DNA of 61,370 nt, filler included, from 7 parts of 7 records of this genome joined end to end with filler, not necessarily neighbours in it, one strand, 5' to 3'. Positions 1-11,240 are shown, counted from the first letter of the whole stretch. Translations and numbers: made by a program. Notes: generated from the sequence alone by a model not told the origin.

Positions 1-1024
<1,024 letters not shown>

Positions 1025-1031
1025 ACCAGCC

Positions 1032-1619
1032 ATGACATCGAACGACACCCGCAATCACATCATCCACACCGGCGCCGACCTGATTGGTCAAAAAGGCTTC
1101 GGCGCGACGGGCATCAATGCCGTGCTGACCGCCGCCGGTGTACCCAAAGGGTCGTTCTACCATTACTTTAGCAGCAAGAACGATTTCGGGTTGGCTGTCA
1201 TCGACACCTTTGCGCAGGAATACGACACCAAGCTGGATTTGATTCTGAACGACCACAGCCGCTCGGGCGTGGATCGCTTAAGGGCCTATTTCGACGCCGG
1301 GCTGGAAACCATGACCAGCTGCGAATTCACCCGGGGCTGCCTGATTGGCAATCTTGGCCAGGAACTGGCCGGGCAGAACGAAACCTTCCGCAGGCGCCTG
1401 GACACCGTTTTCCAGGGTTGGGAAAAACGCTTTGAGCGTTGTGTTGAAGAGGCTCGCCAGGCCGGCGATATCGATGCATCCATCGACCCTGCCGACGTCG
1501 CCAGCTTTCTGCTTTCCGGCTGGGAAGGCGCCATTCTCAGAGCCAAGGTTCTGAAGTCTACCGAGCCCATGGAGCGGTTTGTGCGGGTCTTTTTCCGCCA
1601 ATGTCTTGGCCTTCACTGA
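1032..1619 (+). CDS. nemR: TetR-family regulator, NemR-like
   Basis: HTH GVPKGSFYHYFSSK; GCL motif Cys (RGCLIGNLGQE); directly upstream of an old yellow enzyme. Confidence 0.8.
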   Translation: MTSNDTRNHIIHTGADLIGQKGFGATGINAVLTAAGVPKGSFYHYFSSKNDFGLAVIDTFAQEYDTKLDLILNDHSRSGVDRLRAYFDAGLETMTSCEFTRGCLIGNLGQELAGQNETFRRRLDTVFQGWEKRFERCVEEARQAGDIDASIDPADVASFLLSGWEGAILRAKVLKSTEPMERFVRVFFRQCLGLH

Positions 1620-1645
1620 ACGCCCACATTTTTTTCAGTCATTCC

Positions 1646-1660
1646 TAGTAGACTGGTCTA
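1646..1660 (+). promoter_or_regulatory. second NemR-type operator upstream of nemA
   Basis: TAGTAGACTGGTCTA, near copy of the 1006-1020 site. Confidence 0.65.
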
Positions 1661-1694
1661 ATTACACTCAGTTAATCCTCAAGGAGAGTGATCA

Positions 1695-2816
1695 ATGAAC
1701 AACGTAAACGACGCACTGTTTCAACCGCACGATCTCGGCACCCTGACGCTGCCCAACCGCGTTCTGATGTCTCCCCTGACCCGTTCGCGCTCCAGCCAAC
1801 CTGGAGACGTACCGAACGACATGAACGCGCAGTACTATCAGCAGCGGGCCGGTGCAGGGCTGATCATCAGCGAAGCAACCCAGGTGTCACCTCAGGGTAA
1901 GGGCTATGCATTCACGCCAGGCATCCACTCGGAGGAGCAAATCGAAGGCTGGCGCAAGGTCACCAGTGCGGTGCACATGGCGGGCGGACGCATTCACATG
2001 CAGCTCTGGCACGTTGGCCGAATTTCCCATACGGCGCTGCAGCCGGATGGCAACAAGCCTGTAGCACCATCGGCGATCAAACCCGAGGGCGCCAAGACCT
2101 TCATCAGCGCCGACTCCGGCATGGTGGACGTGCCCGAGCCCAGGGCTCTTGAAGCCGGCGAAATGGCGGACATCGTGGAGCAGTATCGCCAGGGCGCGCT
2201 GAACGCCAAAGCGGCCGGATTTGATGGCGTCGAAGTACACGCCGCCAACGGATACCTGCTGGACCAGTTTCTCAAGAGTGGCAGCAACCACCGCAGTGAT
2301 GAGTTTGGCGGCTCCGTTGAAAACCGGATGCGCCTGCCACTGATGGTGATCGAGGCCGTGATCGACGTCTGGGGCAAGGACAATGTCGGCGTTCGGGTCA
2401 GCCCGACCGGCAGCTTCAACGCCATGTACGACGAGGACCCGGTCGAAACCTTTGGTGAATTCGCGAAGCGGCTGAACGACCTGGGCATCAGCTACATCGA
2501 GGTCGTGGAAGACTCGTTCCAGGGCAACCATGCGAACGGCCGCCCGGAATCGGTGATCGATGCCATCCAGGCTGGATTCCACGGCACTTACATCGCCAAC
2601 GGCGCCTACACCGCTGAGGAAGCTCGCAAACGGATCGGCAATGACCGCTGTGATCTGGTGACCTTTGGCCGTCCATTTATCGCCAACCCCGATTTGCCCG
2701 AGCGTTTCCGCCAGCATGCGGAACTGAACAAATGGGATGACAGCACCTTCTACGGCGGCGATGAGCGCGGCTATACCGATTACCCGACGCTGAAGGAACT
2801 TGAACCCAGCGTCTGA
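1695..2816 (+). CDS. nemA: alkene reductase / N-ethylmaleimide reductase (old yellow enzyme family)
   Basis: [45 protein letters not shown]...GYTDYP; AAGGAG RBS. Confidence 0.9.
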   Translation: MNNVNDALFQPHDLGTLTLPNRVLMSPLTRSRSSQPGDVPNDMNAQYYQQRAGAGLIISEATQVSPQGKGYAFTPGIHSEEQIEGWRKVTSAVHMAGGRIHMQLWHVGRISHTALQPDGNKPVAPSAIKPEGAKTFISADSGMVDVPEPRALEAGEMADIVEQYRQGALNAKAAGFDGVEVHAANGYLLDQFLKSGSNHRSDEFGGSVENRMRLPLMVIEAVIDVWGKDNVGVRVSPTGSFNAMYDEDPVETFGEFAKRLNDLGISYIEVVEDSFQGNHANGRPESVIDAIQAGFHGTYIANGAYTAEEARKRIGNDRCDLVTFGRPFIANPDLPERFRQHAELNKWDDSTFYGGDERGYTDYPTLKELEPSV

Positions 2817-2848
2817 ACATCACTTTCACACGAGTAAGGAGTCAAACC

Positions 2849-3598
2849 ATGAGCAATACCAACGACCCAATCAATAGCAAAGTCGTGATTATCACCGGCG
2901 CCAGCAGTGGCCTGGGTGAGGCAACTGCCCGCCGCCTGGCAGCGCGAGGAGCCCGGCTGGTGCTTGCGGCCCGTCGCGAAGACCGCCTGTCCAAACTGGC
3001 AGAAGACCTGAAAGCCGAGGGTGCTGAAGTCACCTGGAAGGTTACCGATGTGACTGACCGAAACCAGGTGGAGTCACTGGCTGCCACCGCGAAAGAAACC
3101 TTCGGCCGGATCGACGTACTGATCAACAACGCCGGCCTGATGCCACTGGCACCGCTGGACGCTTTGAAGGTTGATGAGTGGGACCAGATGGTGGACGTCA
3201 ACATTAAAGGCGTGATGTATGGCATCGCGGCTGTGCTGCCGACCATGCGGGAGCAACACAGCGGGCATGTGATCAACCTGTCGTCCGTTGCCGGACACAA
3301 ACTGTTCCCCGGCGCCGCTGTGTACTGTGCCACGAAATACGCGGTGAAGGCGCTGTCTGAAGGCTTGCGCATGGAAGCCGGCGACGAGATCCGCAGCACC
3401 AATATCTCACCGGGCGCCATCGACACCGAGCTGACCAGCACCATCACTGACCCGAACGCCAAACAGGCAGCGGATGAACTCTACAAGGTGGCGATTGATT
3501 CCGATGCAGTGGCGCGGGCCATCGTCTATGCCATCGAACAGCCTGCGGACGTGGATATCAACGAAATTATCCTGCGGCCAACGGCTCAGGAGCTCTAA
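2849..3598 (+). CDS. SDR-family oxidoreductase
   Basis: [17 protein letters not shown] catalytic YxxxK. Confidence 0.92.
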   Translation: MSNTNDPINSKVVIITGASSGLGEATARRLAARGARLVLAARREDRLSKLAEDLKAEGAEVTWKVTDVTDRNQVESLAATAKETFGRIDVLINNAGLMPLAPLDALKVDEWDQMVDVNIKGVMYGIAAVLPTMREQHSGHVINLSSVAGHKLFPGAAVYCATKYAVKALSEGLRMEAGDEIRSTNISPGAIDTELTSTITDPNAKQAADELYKVAIDSDAVARAIVYAIEQPADVDINEIILRPTAQEL

Positions 3599-3617
3599 GG
3601 CTGTTGCTTGCTGAACG

Positions 3618-3651
3618 CTGTCGGCGTGCATCTGGTTGATGCCGCCGACAG
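3618..3651. other. intergenic GC-rich hairpin without U tract
   Basis: CTGTCGGCG-T-GCATC-TGGTT-GATGC-CGCCGACAG. Confidence 0.5.
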
Positions 3652-3696
3652 GCGGGTGTGATACTGGTTGTTCCATTCCAGACGGACACACCAAAC

Positions 3697-4176
3697 ATGA
3701 CCACTGTGCAGCAGGCCCTGGCCCGCATTATCGATACCTGCCAACCGGCCACACTGGTGGTTTGCGGCGAGATCGCTGGTGAGGTTGGGGATCACTGGTG
3801 CCGGCACCACAGCGAGTCGGCCATGACCACCCTGGATACCAGCGCCCCCAACGATGCCTTCCCTCTGCCCGAGACCCAGGACCTGGCCCTGGTGACCAAC
3901 ACGCTCGAACACCTGAACCACGACGAGGGCCAAGTACTGCTGGGCCAATTGCGCAACTACGGCACCCACCAGATTGCCGTTGTGGTGAAAGACTGCCCCG
4001 GTTGGTCGTTTACGGATTTCATCGGGCTGGGATTCCGCCGGCAGGCTGAGCTTGGTGACGAAGACAGCCCTCTCACGCTCTACACCTACAACATCGACAG
4101 CTACAACCACAAACGCGCCTGGAACAATCCCGACAACTGGGCCAATCCGGAAATGTGGGACAAGGCCTGGTGGTAG
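3697..4176 (+). CDS. conserved hypothetical protein, probably DUF6231 family
   Basis: ATG at 3697 preferred to GTG at 3658; Trp-rich C-terminus YNHKRAWNNPDNWANPEMWDKAWW; family name from recall. Confidence 0.65.
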   Translation: MTTVQQALARIIDTCQPATLVVCGEIAGEVGDHWCRHHSESAMTTLDTSAPNDAFPLPETQDLALVTNTLEHLNHDEGQVLLGQLRNYGTHQIAVVVKDCPGWSFTDFIGLGFRRQAELGDEDSPLTLYTYNIDSYNHKRAWNNPDNWANPEMWDKAWW

Positions 4177-4185
4177 CTGCCACGC

Positions 4186-4941
4186 TTACAGCGAGGCCAC
4201 CACATCCAGGTTGTGGCGACAGGCGCTCAGATAGGATGCCCCAAAAAGGTTGTAGTGATTGAGGGTGTGGTACAGGTTGTAGATGGCCCGCTTGGTGTTA
4301 TAGACATCCGTTCTGGGGTAGCCCCGGTCATAGGCACGATAAAAAGCCGAGGAGAAGCCACCAAACAGCTCTGTCATGGCAATGTCCGCCTCCCGGTCAC
4401 CGTGATAAACCGCCGGATCAATGAGCCATGGCCCGGCGCTGTCGAACAGGACATTCCCGGACCATAGGTCGCCGTGGAGCAGGCTTGGGTGTTCGCAATG
4501 CGCATTCAGAAACCGGGCAAGCTTGTCGCCCTGACGCTCAAGCACCGTTTCAAACTCTCTCCGGACATGGTCGTTGCGAATCATGCCTACCTGCACACCC
4601 AGTCGATCTCTCAGGAAAAACGCACCCCAATCGTCCGTTAGGCGGTTCTTCTGGGGTGACATCCCAATCATGTTGTCGGCGTCGAATCCGTACTCGGGCT
4701 GACGTACCGCATGCATTTGCGCCAGGCCTTCGCCAAGCGCGGCCATGGCTTCCTCGCTCGCCGGGCCGGAGTGGATCTTCGGAATCACCAGTTCGTGGGC
4801 TGAGACAGCTTTCACCTCCGGCACACGCAATCCGCTGACACCGGCCGCCTTGAGAGTGCCTGCCAAAACCTCAAGACCTCGCGCTTCGCACAACAGCGCA
4901 TCGGGAAAGGACGAGGGATTCTGTTTCACGAAATCGGTCAT
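4186..4941 (-). CDS. fructosamine kinase family protein
   Basis: HGDLWSGN, IDPAVY, EADIAMTELFGGF, YNLYHTLNHYNLFG; start set at MTDFVK. Confidence 0.88.
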   Translation of the reverse strand: MTDFVKQNPSSFPDALLCEARGLEVLAGTLKAAGVSGLRVPEVKAVSAHELVIPKIHSGPASEEAMAALGEGLAQMHAVRQPEYGFDADNMIGMSPQKNRLTDDWGAFFLRDRLGVQVGMIRNDHVRREFETVLERQGDKLARFLNAHCEHPSLLHGDLWSGNVLFDSAGPWLIDPAVYHGDREADIAMTELFGGFSSAFYRAYDRGYPRTDVYNTKRAIYNLYHTLNHYNLFGASYLSACRHNLDVVASL

Positions 4942-5048
4942 ACCACCAGTATAACCATGATCGGAAATCGCCTCGCAAACATCCTTGGCTTTGTCACAGG
5001 CTTCATGGATCATGGAGAGGCAAGGCCATCCGACACAGGAATAGCCCG

Positions 5049-5468
5049 ATGACAGGTTTTAGCAAGCGCACGGCAAACGAACAGTTGAATCAAGAGGCGG
5101 ACAAGGTTCACCGCAGAGATGTGGGCGCCCTGCTCGACCGCCAGCAGGCCATCGAGGACAAAGTCAGGAACAGTGGCAAACTGAGCCGGTTCAGCACCGA
5201 TATCCGGCTGATGTTTTCCATGCTCAGGGACTACTGGCAGGGCAACTATCGCGAAGTACCCTGGAAAAGCATTGCGGCGATCGCCGGTGCCCTTGTTTAC
5301 GTGCTCAATCCCCTGGATTTGATTCCGGACCTGCTGCTTGGATTCGGCCTGCTGGACGACGCCGGTGTGGTGGCCGCATGCCTGGCCCTGGTGGAATCCG
5401 ACCTGCTTCGTTACGCAGCGTGGAAAGATCTTAAAATAGAAACACAAACGCTTACGGATAGCGATTGA
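5049..5468 (+). CDS. YkvA / DUF1232 membrane protein
   Basis: YVLNPLDLIPD...GLLDD motif. Confidence 0.88.
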   Translation: MTGFSKRTANEQLNQEADKVHRRDVGALLDRQQAIEDKVRNSGKLSRFSTDIRLMFSMLRDYWQGNYREVPWKSIAAIAGALVYVLNPLDLIPDLLLGFGLLDDAGVVAACLALVESDLLRYAAWKDLKIETQTLTDSD

Positions 5469-5532
5469 TTCAATAGTGGACTACCGTTAATCTTCGAAAG
5501 CCCTCTGAATCACAAAACCCTTTGGAGCTAAT

Positions 5533-6309
5533 GTGGATTTTGCCACCCTGATCGGCCTTGTTGGGGCCATCCTGCTTATAGCCTCAGCCGTCATTCTTGG
5601 CGTGTCGCCGGATGTTTTTATCAATCCCCCCTCCATACTGATTGTGGTCGGTGGCACCATGCTGGTTGTGCTGGCAAAATTCAGCTTCAACCAGTTTTTC
5701 AGCGCCTTCAAAGTGGCCGCTCGAGCGTTCAAATTCCGCTTGCCGGACACCCGTGAAAGCATTGATGAACTGATTGAGGTAGCCAATGTTGCCCGCAAGC
5801 AAGGCATGCTCGGCCTGGAAGAGCGCGAAGTTGGCTCGCCGTTTCTCGGCCAGGGAATACAGATGCTGGTCGATGGCCAGGATGCTGAAACCATCAAACA
5901 CCTGCTGTCCAAGGAGCGCCTACTGACGCTGGATCACAACCGGTCTGGCGCAAAAGTCTTTACGGCAATGGCCGATGTGGCCCCTGCCATGGGGATGATC
6001 GGAACCCTGATCGGGCTGGTGCAGATGCTGTCCAACATGGAAGACCCGAAATCCATCGGTCCTGCCATGGCGGTTGCCCTGCTAACCACACTCTACGGCG
6101 CAATGATTGCCACCATGATCGCCACCCCCATCGCGGACAAACTCTCGCTGCGAATGACTGAGGAAGCGCGTCTGCAATCGCTCTATATTGATGCGCTGGT
6201 TGCTATCAAGGAAGGCACCAATCCGCGGATTATCGAACAGATGCTGTCGAGTTACCTGACCCCGAAAGAACGTGAGAAAAACTCAGAAGCCGAGACCGCA
6301 GGCGTTTAG
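5533..6309 (+). CDS. pomA: flagellar stator A subunit (PomA-like)
   Basis: MDFATLIG, APAMGMIGTLIGLVQML, IGPAMAVALLTTLYG. Confidence 0.9.
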   Translation: MDFATLIGLVGAILLIASAVILGVSPDVFINPPSILIVVGGTMLVVLAKFSFNQFFSAFKVAARAFKFRLPDTRESIDELIEVANVARKQGMLGLEEREVGSPFLGQGIQMLVDGQDAETIKHLLSKERLLTLDHNRSGAKVFTAMADVAPAMGMIGTLIGLVQMLSNMEDPKSIGPAMAVALLTTLYGAMIATMIATPIADKLSLRMTEEARLQSLYIDALVAIKEGTNPRIIEQMLSSYLTPKEREKNSEAETAGV

Positions 6310-6311
6310 CC

Positions 6312-7229
6312 ATGGACGAATTACCAGAAGAGGAAAAAGCGGGCATTCCCGCCTGGGTAGTGACATTCGCGGACCTGATGTCGCTGCTGATGTGCTTTTT
6401 CGTCCTGCTGTTGTCGTTCTCCGAGATCGACGCACAGAAGTTCAAACAGATCGCTGGTGAACTGTCGAAAGCGTTTGGTGTGCAGCGCGAGGTGCCCGTC
6501 CTTGAGGTACCCATGGGCACCAGCCCGATTTTCGATCAGTTTTCTCCGGCACCGCCCGAGCCCACCGTCGTCAACGAAGTCAAACAGACAACCACCGACG
6601 AGCAGCCCGAACTGGAAACCCTGAAAAGCCCTACGGATGTGGCTGTGGAATCTGCCATTCAGGAGGAACTCGAGAAGACCCTGGAGCAGGTTCGATCGGT
6701 TCTTGAGACCGCCATCGAAGACGGCCGGGTCAACCTCACCCAGGATCATCATAGAATCATTGTTCGCGTTGAGGAAAAAGGGGCGTTTCCCTCTGGTTCG
6801 GCAGACCTGACCTGGGAGTTTGAAGGGCTGTTGCTGGAAATGGCCGACATATTGGTGGAGATCCCCGGTAAGCTGACCATCGAAGGCCACACCGACGATG
6901 TTCCCATCCGCACGCAGCGGTTCTACAGCAACTGGGACCTGTCCGCCGCCCGGGCAGCAGCGGTTGCCAATACGCTCCTGGCCGAAGGTAAACTGGAGCC
7001 AGCCCGGCTAGCGGTCACCGGTCTCGCGTTTACCGAGCCACGGGTACCAAATACCTCTTCGGAGAACCGTGCCAAAAATCGTCGCGTGGAAATCATCATC
7101 GATCTGTCCGGGCCAATCGAGGAACAGGAGCTGAGGTTGAGGGAACTCATGAACCCCGAAGCCGATGTGTCCGCTGCACCGGATTCCCGCAGTTCCGACG
7201 ACTCCGACCAGGACGAATTGCTGTGGTAA
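6312..7229 (+). CDS. pomB: flagellar stator B subunit with OmpA-like domain
   Basis: WVVTFADLMSLLMCFFVLLLSFS with essential Asp; EGHTDD, NWDLSAARA, NRRVEI. Confidence 0.88.
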   Translation: MDELPEEEKAGIPAWVVTFADLMSLLMCFFVLLLSFSEIDAQKFKQIAGELSKAFGVQREVPVLEVPMGTSPIFDQFSPAPPEPTVVNEVKQTTTDEQPELETLKSPTDVAVESAIQEELEKTLEQVRSVLETAIEDGRVNLTQDHHRIIVRVEEKGAFPSGSADLTWEFEGLLLEMADILVEIPGKLTIEGHTDDVPIRTQRFYSNWDLSAARAAAVANTLLAEGKLEPARLAVTGLAFTEPRVPNTSSENRAKNRRVEIIIDLSGPIEEQELRLRELMNPEADVSAAPDSRSSDDSDQDELLW

Positions 7230-7276
7230 GCGGCCAGATTGGTGCGCCTACCCCATAAATGCACCATTAAAGAGCG
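7230..7276 (+). promoter_or_regulatory. pair of putative NtrC boxes upstream of amt
   Basis: GCGGCCAGATTGGTGCG 7230-7246 and TGCACCATTAAAGAGCG 7260-7276 vs consensus TGCACCA-N3-TGGTGCA; 30 bp apart, about 100 bp above a sigma54 site. Confidence 0.6.
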
Positions 7277-7362
7277 AAAATACCCCGCCTCCAACTCAGC
7301 CCTGCCCAACTTCAGAGCAGAAAATCACCTAATCGACTACCCGCTCTGAATTTGCCTCAAAA

Positions 7363-7378
7363 TGGAACACTCCTTGCT
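7363..7378 (+). promoter_or_regulatory. sigma54 (-24/-12) promoter of amt
   Basis: TGGAACACTCCTTGCT, GG-N10-GC spacing. Confidence 0.75.
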
Positions 7379-7452
7379 TGGTGTGCACGCTATCAATGCA
7401 CAACCCGCCCGTGACAGGTGGATAAAACCAAAAAATCAGGAGCAACCAACCC

Positions 7453-8661
7453 GTGGACATCACGAGTGCAGTACATACCCTGACCGAAAGCGCCAACACA
7501 CTGTTCATTCTGATCGGTGCCATCATGGTACTGGCCATGCATGCTGGCTTCGCCTTCCTGGAAGTCGGCACCGTGCGCCACAAGAACCAGGTGAATGCCC
7601 TGGTAAAAATCATGACCGACTTCGGCATCTCCGCCGTGGCCTATTTCTTCATTGGCTACTACATCGCCTACGGCAGCCACTTTATGGCCGGCGCTTCAGA
7701 GCTAACGGCCGCAAATGGCTATGACCTGGTCAAGTTCTTCTTCCTGATGACCTTTGCCGCCGCCATTCCCGCCATCGTCTCCGGCGGTATCGCCGAGCGT
7801 GCGAAGTTCTACCCCATGCTTATCGCCTCCGGGCTGATCGTGGCATTTGTATATCCCTTCTTCGAGGGCATGATCTGGAACGGCAACTACGGCTTCCAGG
7901 CCTGGCTGGAGAACCAGTTTGGTGCAGCCTTCCACGACTTTGCCGGCTCGGTCGTGGTGCACGCCGTGGGCGGCTGGATCGCCCTGGCCGCCGTGCTCCT
8001 GCTGGGCGCACGTAAAGGCCGTTACCGCAATGGCCGCGTGGTGGCGTTTGCCCCCTCCAACATTCCATTCCTGGCGCTGGGCGCCTGGATTCTCACCGTC
8101 GGCTGGTTCGGCTTTAACGTGATGTCCGCCCAGACCCTGGATGGCATCAGCGGCCTGGTGGCGGTGAACAGCCTCATGGCCATGGTGGGTGGCGTTCTGG
8201 TGGCCATGCTGGTCGGCCGCAAGGACCCGGGCTTCATCCACAACGGACCGCTCGCCGGCCTGGTGGCGGTGTGCGCCGGTTCAGACCTGATGCACCCGGT
8301 CGGTGCGCTGATTACCGGTGGCATCGCCGGCGCCATCTTCGTGTACATGTTTGAGTGGGCCCAGGACAAGATTGAGCGCCTGGACGATGTACTGGGTGTA
8401 TGGCCCCTGCACGGTGTGTGCGGTGTATGGGGTGCCATTGCCGCCGGCATCTTTGGCCAGGAAGCGTTCGGGGGCCTGGGCGGGGTCAGCCTGATGTCGC
8501 AGATCATCGGTGCGGTTGCCGGTGTTGTGGTGGCTTTTGTCGGCGGCCTGATCGTCTACGGCATTGTTAACGCCATCTCCGGCCTGCGTCTCACAGAAGA
8601 AGAGGAATTCAACGGTGCGGATGTCAGTATTCACCGCATTGGCGCTACGTCCCTGGAATAA
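7453..8661 (+). CDS. amt: ammonium transporter (Amt family)
   Basis: DFAGSVVVH, WFGFN, DDVLGVWPLHG (twin His); CAGGAG RBS, GTG start; no adjacent glnK. Confidence 0.95.
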   Translation: MDITSAVHTLTESANTLFILIGAIMVLAMHAGFAFLEVGTVRHKNQVNALVKIMTDFGISAVAYFFIGYYIAYGSHFMAGASELTAANGYDLVKFFFLMTFAAAIPAIVSGGIAERAKFYPMLIASGLIVAFVYPFFEGMIWNGNYGFQAWLENQFGAAFHDFAGSVVVHAVGGWIALAAVLLLGARKGRYRNGRVVAFAPSNIPFLALGAWILTVGWFGFNVMSAQTLDGISGLVAVNSLMAMVGGVLVAMLVGRKDPGFIHNGPLAGLVAVCAGSDLMHPVGALITGGIAGAIFVYMFEWAQDKIERLDDVLGVWPLHGVCGVWGAIAAGIFGQEAFGGLGGVSLMSQIIGAVAGVVVAFVGGLIVYGIVNAISGLRLTEEEEFNGADVSIHRIGATSLE

Positions 8662-8670
8662 CCCTTGCCC

Positions 8671-8706
8671 GCCAGCCGCCTTTCCCGGCGGCTGGCAATG
8701 CTTTTT
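8671..8706 (+). terminator. putative intrinsic terminator after amt
   Basis: GCCAGCCGCC-TTTCCC-GGCGGCTGGC then AATGCTTTTT. Confidence 0.6.
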
Positions 8707-8780
8707 ATTGACACTTCCCTCCGTCTGGCCTTTTCTTAAATAACCCGTTCCGGTGATAAACCCACGGTTTGCCGCCAGAG

Positions 8781-8796
8781 TGGCCTGCCTTTTGCT
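8781..8796 (+). promoter_or_regulatory. sigma54 (-24/-12) promoter of the ATP-grasp/Anbu operon
   Basis: TGGCCTGCCTTTTGCT, GG-N10-GC spacing, 73 bp before the ATG at 8870. Confidence 0.7.
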
Positions 8797-8869
8797 GTTC
8801 CTTTACATCATGGGAATGGCTGAATACCGACCGCCCACATCCGGTGGACGGCGTGTTCAGGAGAGGGTC

Positions 8870-10309
8870 ATGGTTATGTTGATACAAACCCCACCCGAGG
8901 GTATCTACGACGAACTGTTCGACCAGAATAATCGGGTACGACCCAGCTGCAGGATGCTGGAGGACTGGCTGATCCGATCCGACGAAGCCCTGTTGGCCGA
9001 GAAGCGCCGCGAGGCAGACGTGCTGTTCCAACGCCTGGGCATCACCTTTAATGTCTATGGCGAAGACCAGGGGGCCGAACGGCTTATCCCGTTTGATCTG
9101 ATCCCACGAGTAATCTCCGCCAGCGACTGGCAACGTCTGCAAGCTGGTTTGCGCCAGCGGGTGCAGGCGTTGAACCGCTTCCTGTTCGATATCTATCACG
9201 AGTTCGAGATTATTCGCGCCGGTGTCATCAGTGCTGAACAGGTATTCGCCAACCCCCAGTACCAGCCCGGCATGCAAAACCTCAAGCTGCCACGTAATCT
9301 GTATTCCCACATAGCCGGCATCGATTTGATCCGCCACAACGACGGCGATTTCTACGTGCTGGAAGACAATCTCCGCTGCCCCAGCGGTGTCTCCTACATG
9401 CTGGAAAACCGGCGCATGATGATGCGCCTGTTTCCAGAACTGTTTGCCAAGGCCCCGGTAGCACCGGTTGAACATTACCCGGCCCTGTTGGGCGAAACAC
9501 TGCGCGCAGCGTCGCTAAATCCCAACCCTACCGTAGTCGTGCTAACCCCCGGCCGTTTCAACAGTGCCTATTTTGAACACGCCTTCCTGGCCCGGCAGAT
9601 GGGTATCGAACTGGTGGAAGGGGCGGACCTGTTTGTACGGCGCAATAAGGTCTACATGAAGACCACCGTCGGCCCCCAGCAGGTGGACGTGATTTACCGG
9701 CGGGTCGACGACGACTTCCTCGATCCGCTGGCTGGCAACCCGGATTCCATGCTGGGTGTACCCGGGCTCTATGCAGCCTACCGCACCGGCAATGTGGTGC
9801 TTGCCAACGCCATGGGCACCGGCGTCGCCGACGACAAGGCCATTTACCCCTTCGTACCCGAGATGATCCGTTTCTACCTGGGTGAAGAACCGATCCTGAA
9901 AAATGTCCCCACCTGGCAGGGCCGCAAGCCAAAAGACCTCAAGTACATCCTCGACAACCTGCCAGACCTGGTGGTCAAGGAAACCCAGGGCGCTGGTGGC
10001 TACGGCATGCTGATCGGCCCCAAGGCCAGCAAAAAAGAGCTGAGCCATTTCCGCTCGCTGTTGCGGGCCAGGCCAGACAACTACATTGCCCAGCCCACAC
10101 TGAGCCTGTCTACCTGCCCGACGTTTGTAAACGAAGGCGTAGCGCCCCGACACCTCGACCTGCGGCCTTTTGTGCTTTCGGGCAAGAAAGTGCAGATGGT
10201 ACCTGGTGGATTGACCAGGGTGGCCCTGAAAGAAGGGTCGCTGGTGGTGAATTCGTCCCAGGGCGGTGGCACCAAGGACACCTGGGTACTGGAGGGCGAG
10301 GAATGCTGA
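8870..10309 (+). CDS. circularly permuted type 2 ATP-grasp protein
   Basis: GITFNVYG, ERLIPFDLIPR, VLEDNLRCPSGVSYMLENR, VIYRRVDDDFLDP, GVADDK, VVNSSQGGGTKDTWVL; start after GGAGAGG RBS (ORF-track 8753 start overlaps the promoter). Confidence 0.93.
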   Translation: MVMLIQTPPEGIYDELFDQNNRVRPSCRMLEDWLIRSDEALLAEKRREADVLFQRLGITFNVYGEDQGAERLIPFDLIPRVISASDWQRLQAGLRQRVQALNRFLFDIYHEFEIIRAGVISAEQVFANPQYQPGMQNLKLPRNLYSHIAGIDLIRHNDGDFYVLEDNLRCPSGVSYMLENRRMMMRLFPELFAKAPVAPVEHYPALLGETLRAASLNPNPTVVVLTPGRFNSAYFEHAFLARQMGIELVEGADLFVRRNKVYMKTTVGPQQVDVIYRRVDDDFLDPLAGNPDSMLGVPGLYAAYRTGNVVLANAMGTGVADDKAIYPFVPEMIRFYLGEEPILKNVPTWQGRKPKDLKYILDNLPDLVVKETQGAGGYGMLIGPKASKKELSHFRSLLRARPDNYIAQPTLSLSTCPTFVNEGVAPRHLDLRPFVLSGKKVQMVPGGLTRVALKEGSLVVNSSQGGGTKDTWVLEGEEC

Positions 10310-11240
10310 GCCGAGCTGCATCAAGTCTGTTCTGGATGGCCCGCTATCTTGAGCGGGCGGAAACCCAGGCCCGTCTGCTGGACGTCAGCCTCACCATGCG
10401 TTGATCGACGTTCCCGAAGACCGCGAGGAACAGCTATCCGTGCCATTGCTGGTGACCGGTAGCCGCGAAACCTTTCACGAGCTCTACCCGGAAATCACCC
10501 CCCAGAACCTGATTGATTTCCTGCTTCTGGACGACCGCCACCCTGCCAGTGTGTTCAGTGTGATCCGCAGCGCCCGGGATAACGCCCTGCACGTGCGAGG
10601 CAATCTCTCCGCAGATGTCTGGGAGAGCATTAACCTGGCCTGGATGGAGCTGAAGGAACTACGCCATAAAGGGGTGACCGAATCCAACGCCAGCCGGGTG
10701 TTTGACTGGACCCGCGAACGCTCAAACGTGTTCCGTGGTGCAGCCTATGGCACCCTGCTGCGCAATGACGCCTTCCATTTCCTGCTCCTGGGTACGTTTA
10801 TCGAGCGTGCAGACGCCACCGCCCGCGTGCTGAACATCCGCCACCACATGGCCACCAAATCCCTGGAAGGGCACCCCACCCAGTCGTTCTTCGAATGGAC
10901 GGCGCTGCTGCACTCGTTGGCCGCCTTTGAGGCCTACCAGAACACCTACGGCCACAATATCGAACCGATGAATGTGGCCGAACTTCTGATTCTCAAACCG
11001 GATGTTCCCCGTTCGCTCCACGCCTGCCTGGAGGAAATCGCGGATCTTCTGGAGCAGATCGAAAGCGGCGAGGCCCGCCGGGCCCGGCGCCTGGCCACAA
11101 GCCTGTATGCCAACATCCGCTACGGCGACCGCGAGTACATTGCCGAGCGCGGCCTGAATGAGTATCTGACCGACTTCCTGCAACGCATCCAACGCATCGC
11201 CGGCCAGATCCAGAAAGACTACATGGGGTGGAAACAATGA
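10303..11240 (+). pseudogene. alpha-E domain protein with a 1-bp frameshift near 10398 (pseudogene or sequence error)
   Basis: ATG 10303 gives MLSRAASSLFWMARYLERAETQARLLDVSLTM-R-stop (TGA 10402-10404); the rest (ARDNA..VR, LGTFIERADATAR, PRSL) is in the frame of ORF 10401; ATGCG where ATG GCG is expected. Confidence 0.85.

Noticed and set aside
5533-7229. Stand-alone MotA/MotB-like pair as a Zorya-type defence system
   Set aside because: Both proteins have ordinary PomA/PomB length and motifs, there is no long ZorA tail, and no zorC/D/E-like genes are adjacent
8753-8869. N-terminal extension of the ATP-grasp ORF (similar over-long starts at 5013, 24386, 26906, 33557, 54725)
   Set aside because: Extensions overlap promoters or neighbouring genes; downstream starts fit the RBS and/or the family N-terminus better
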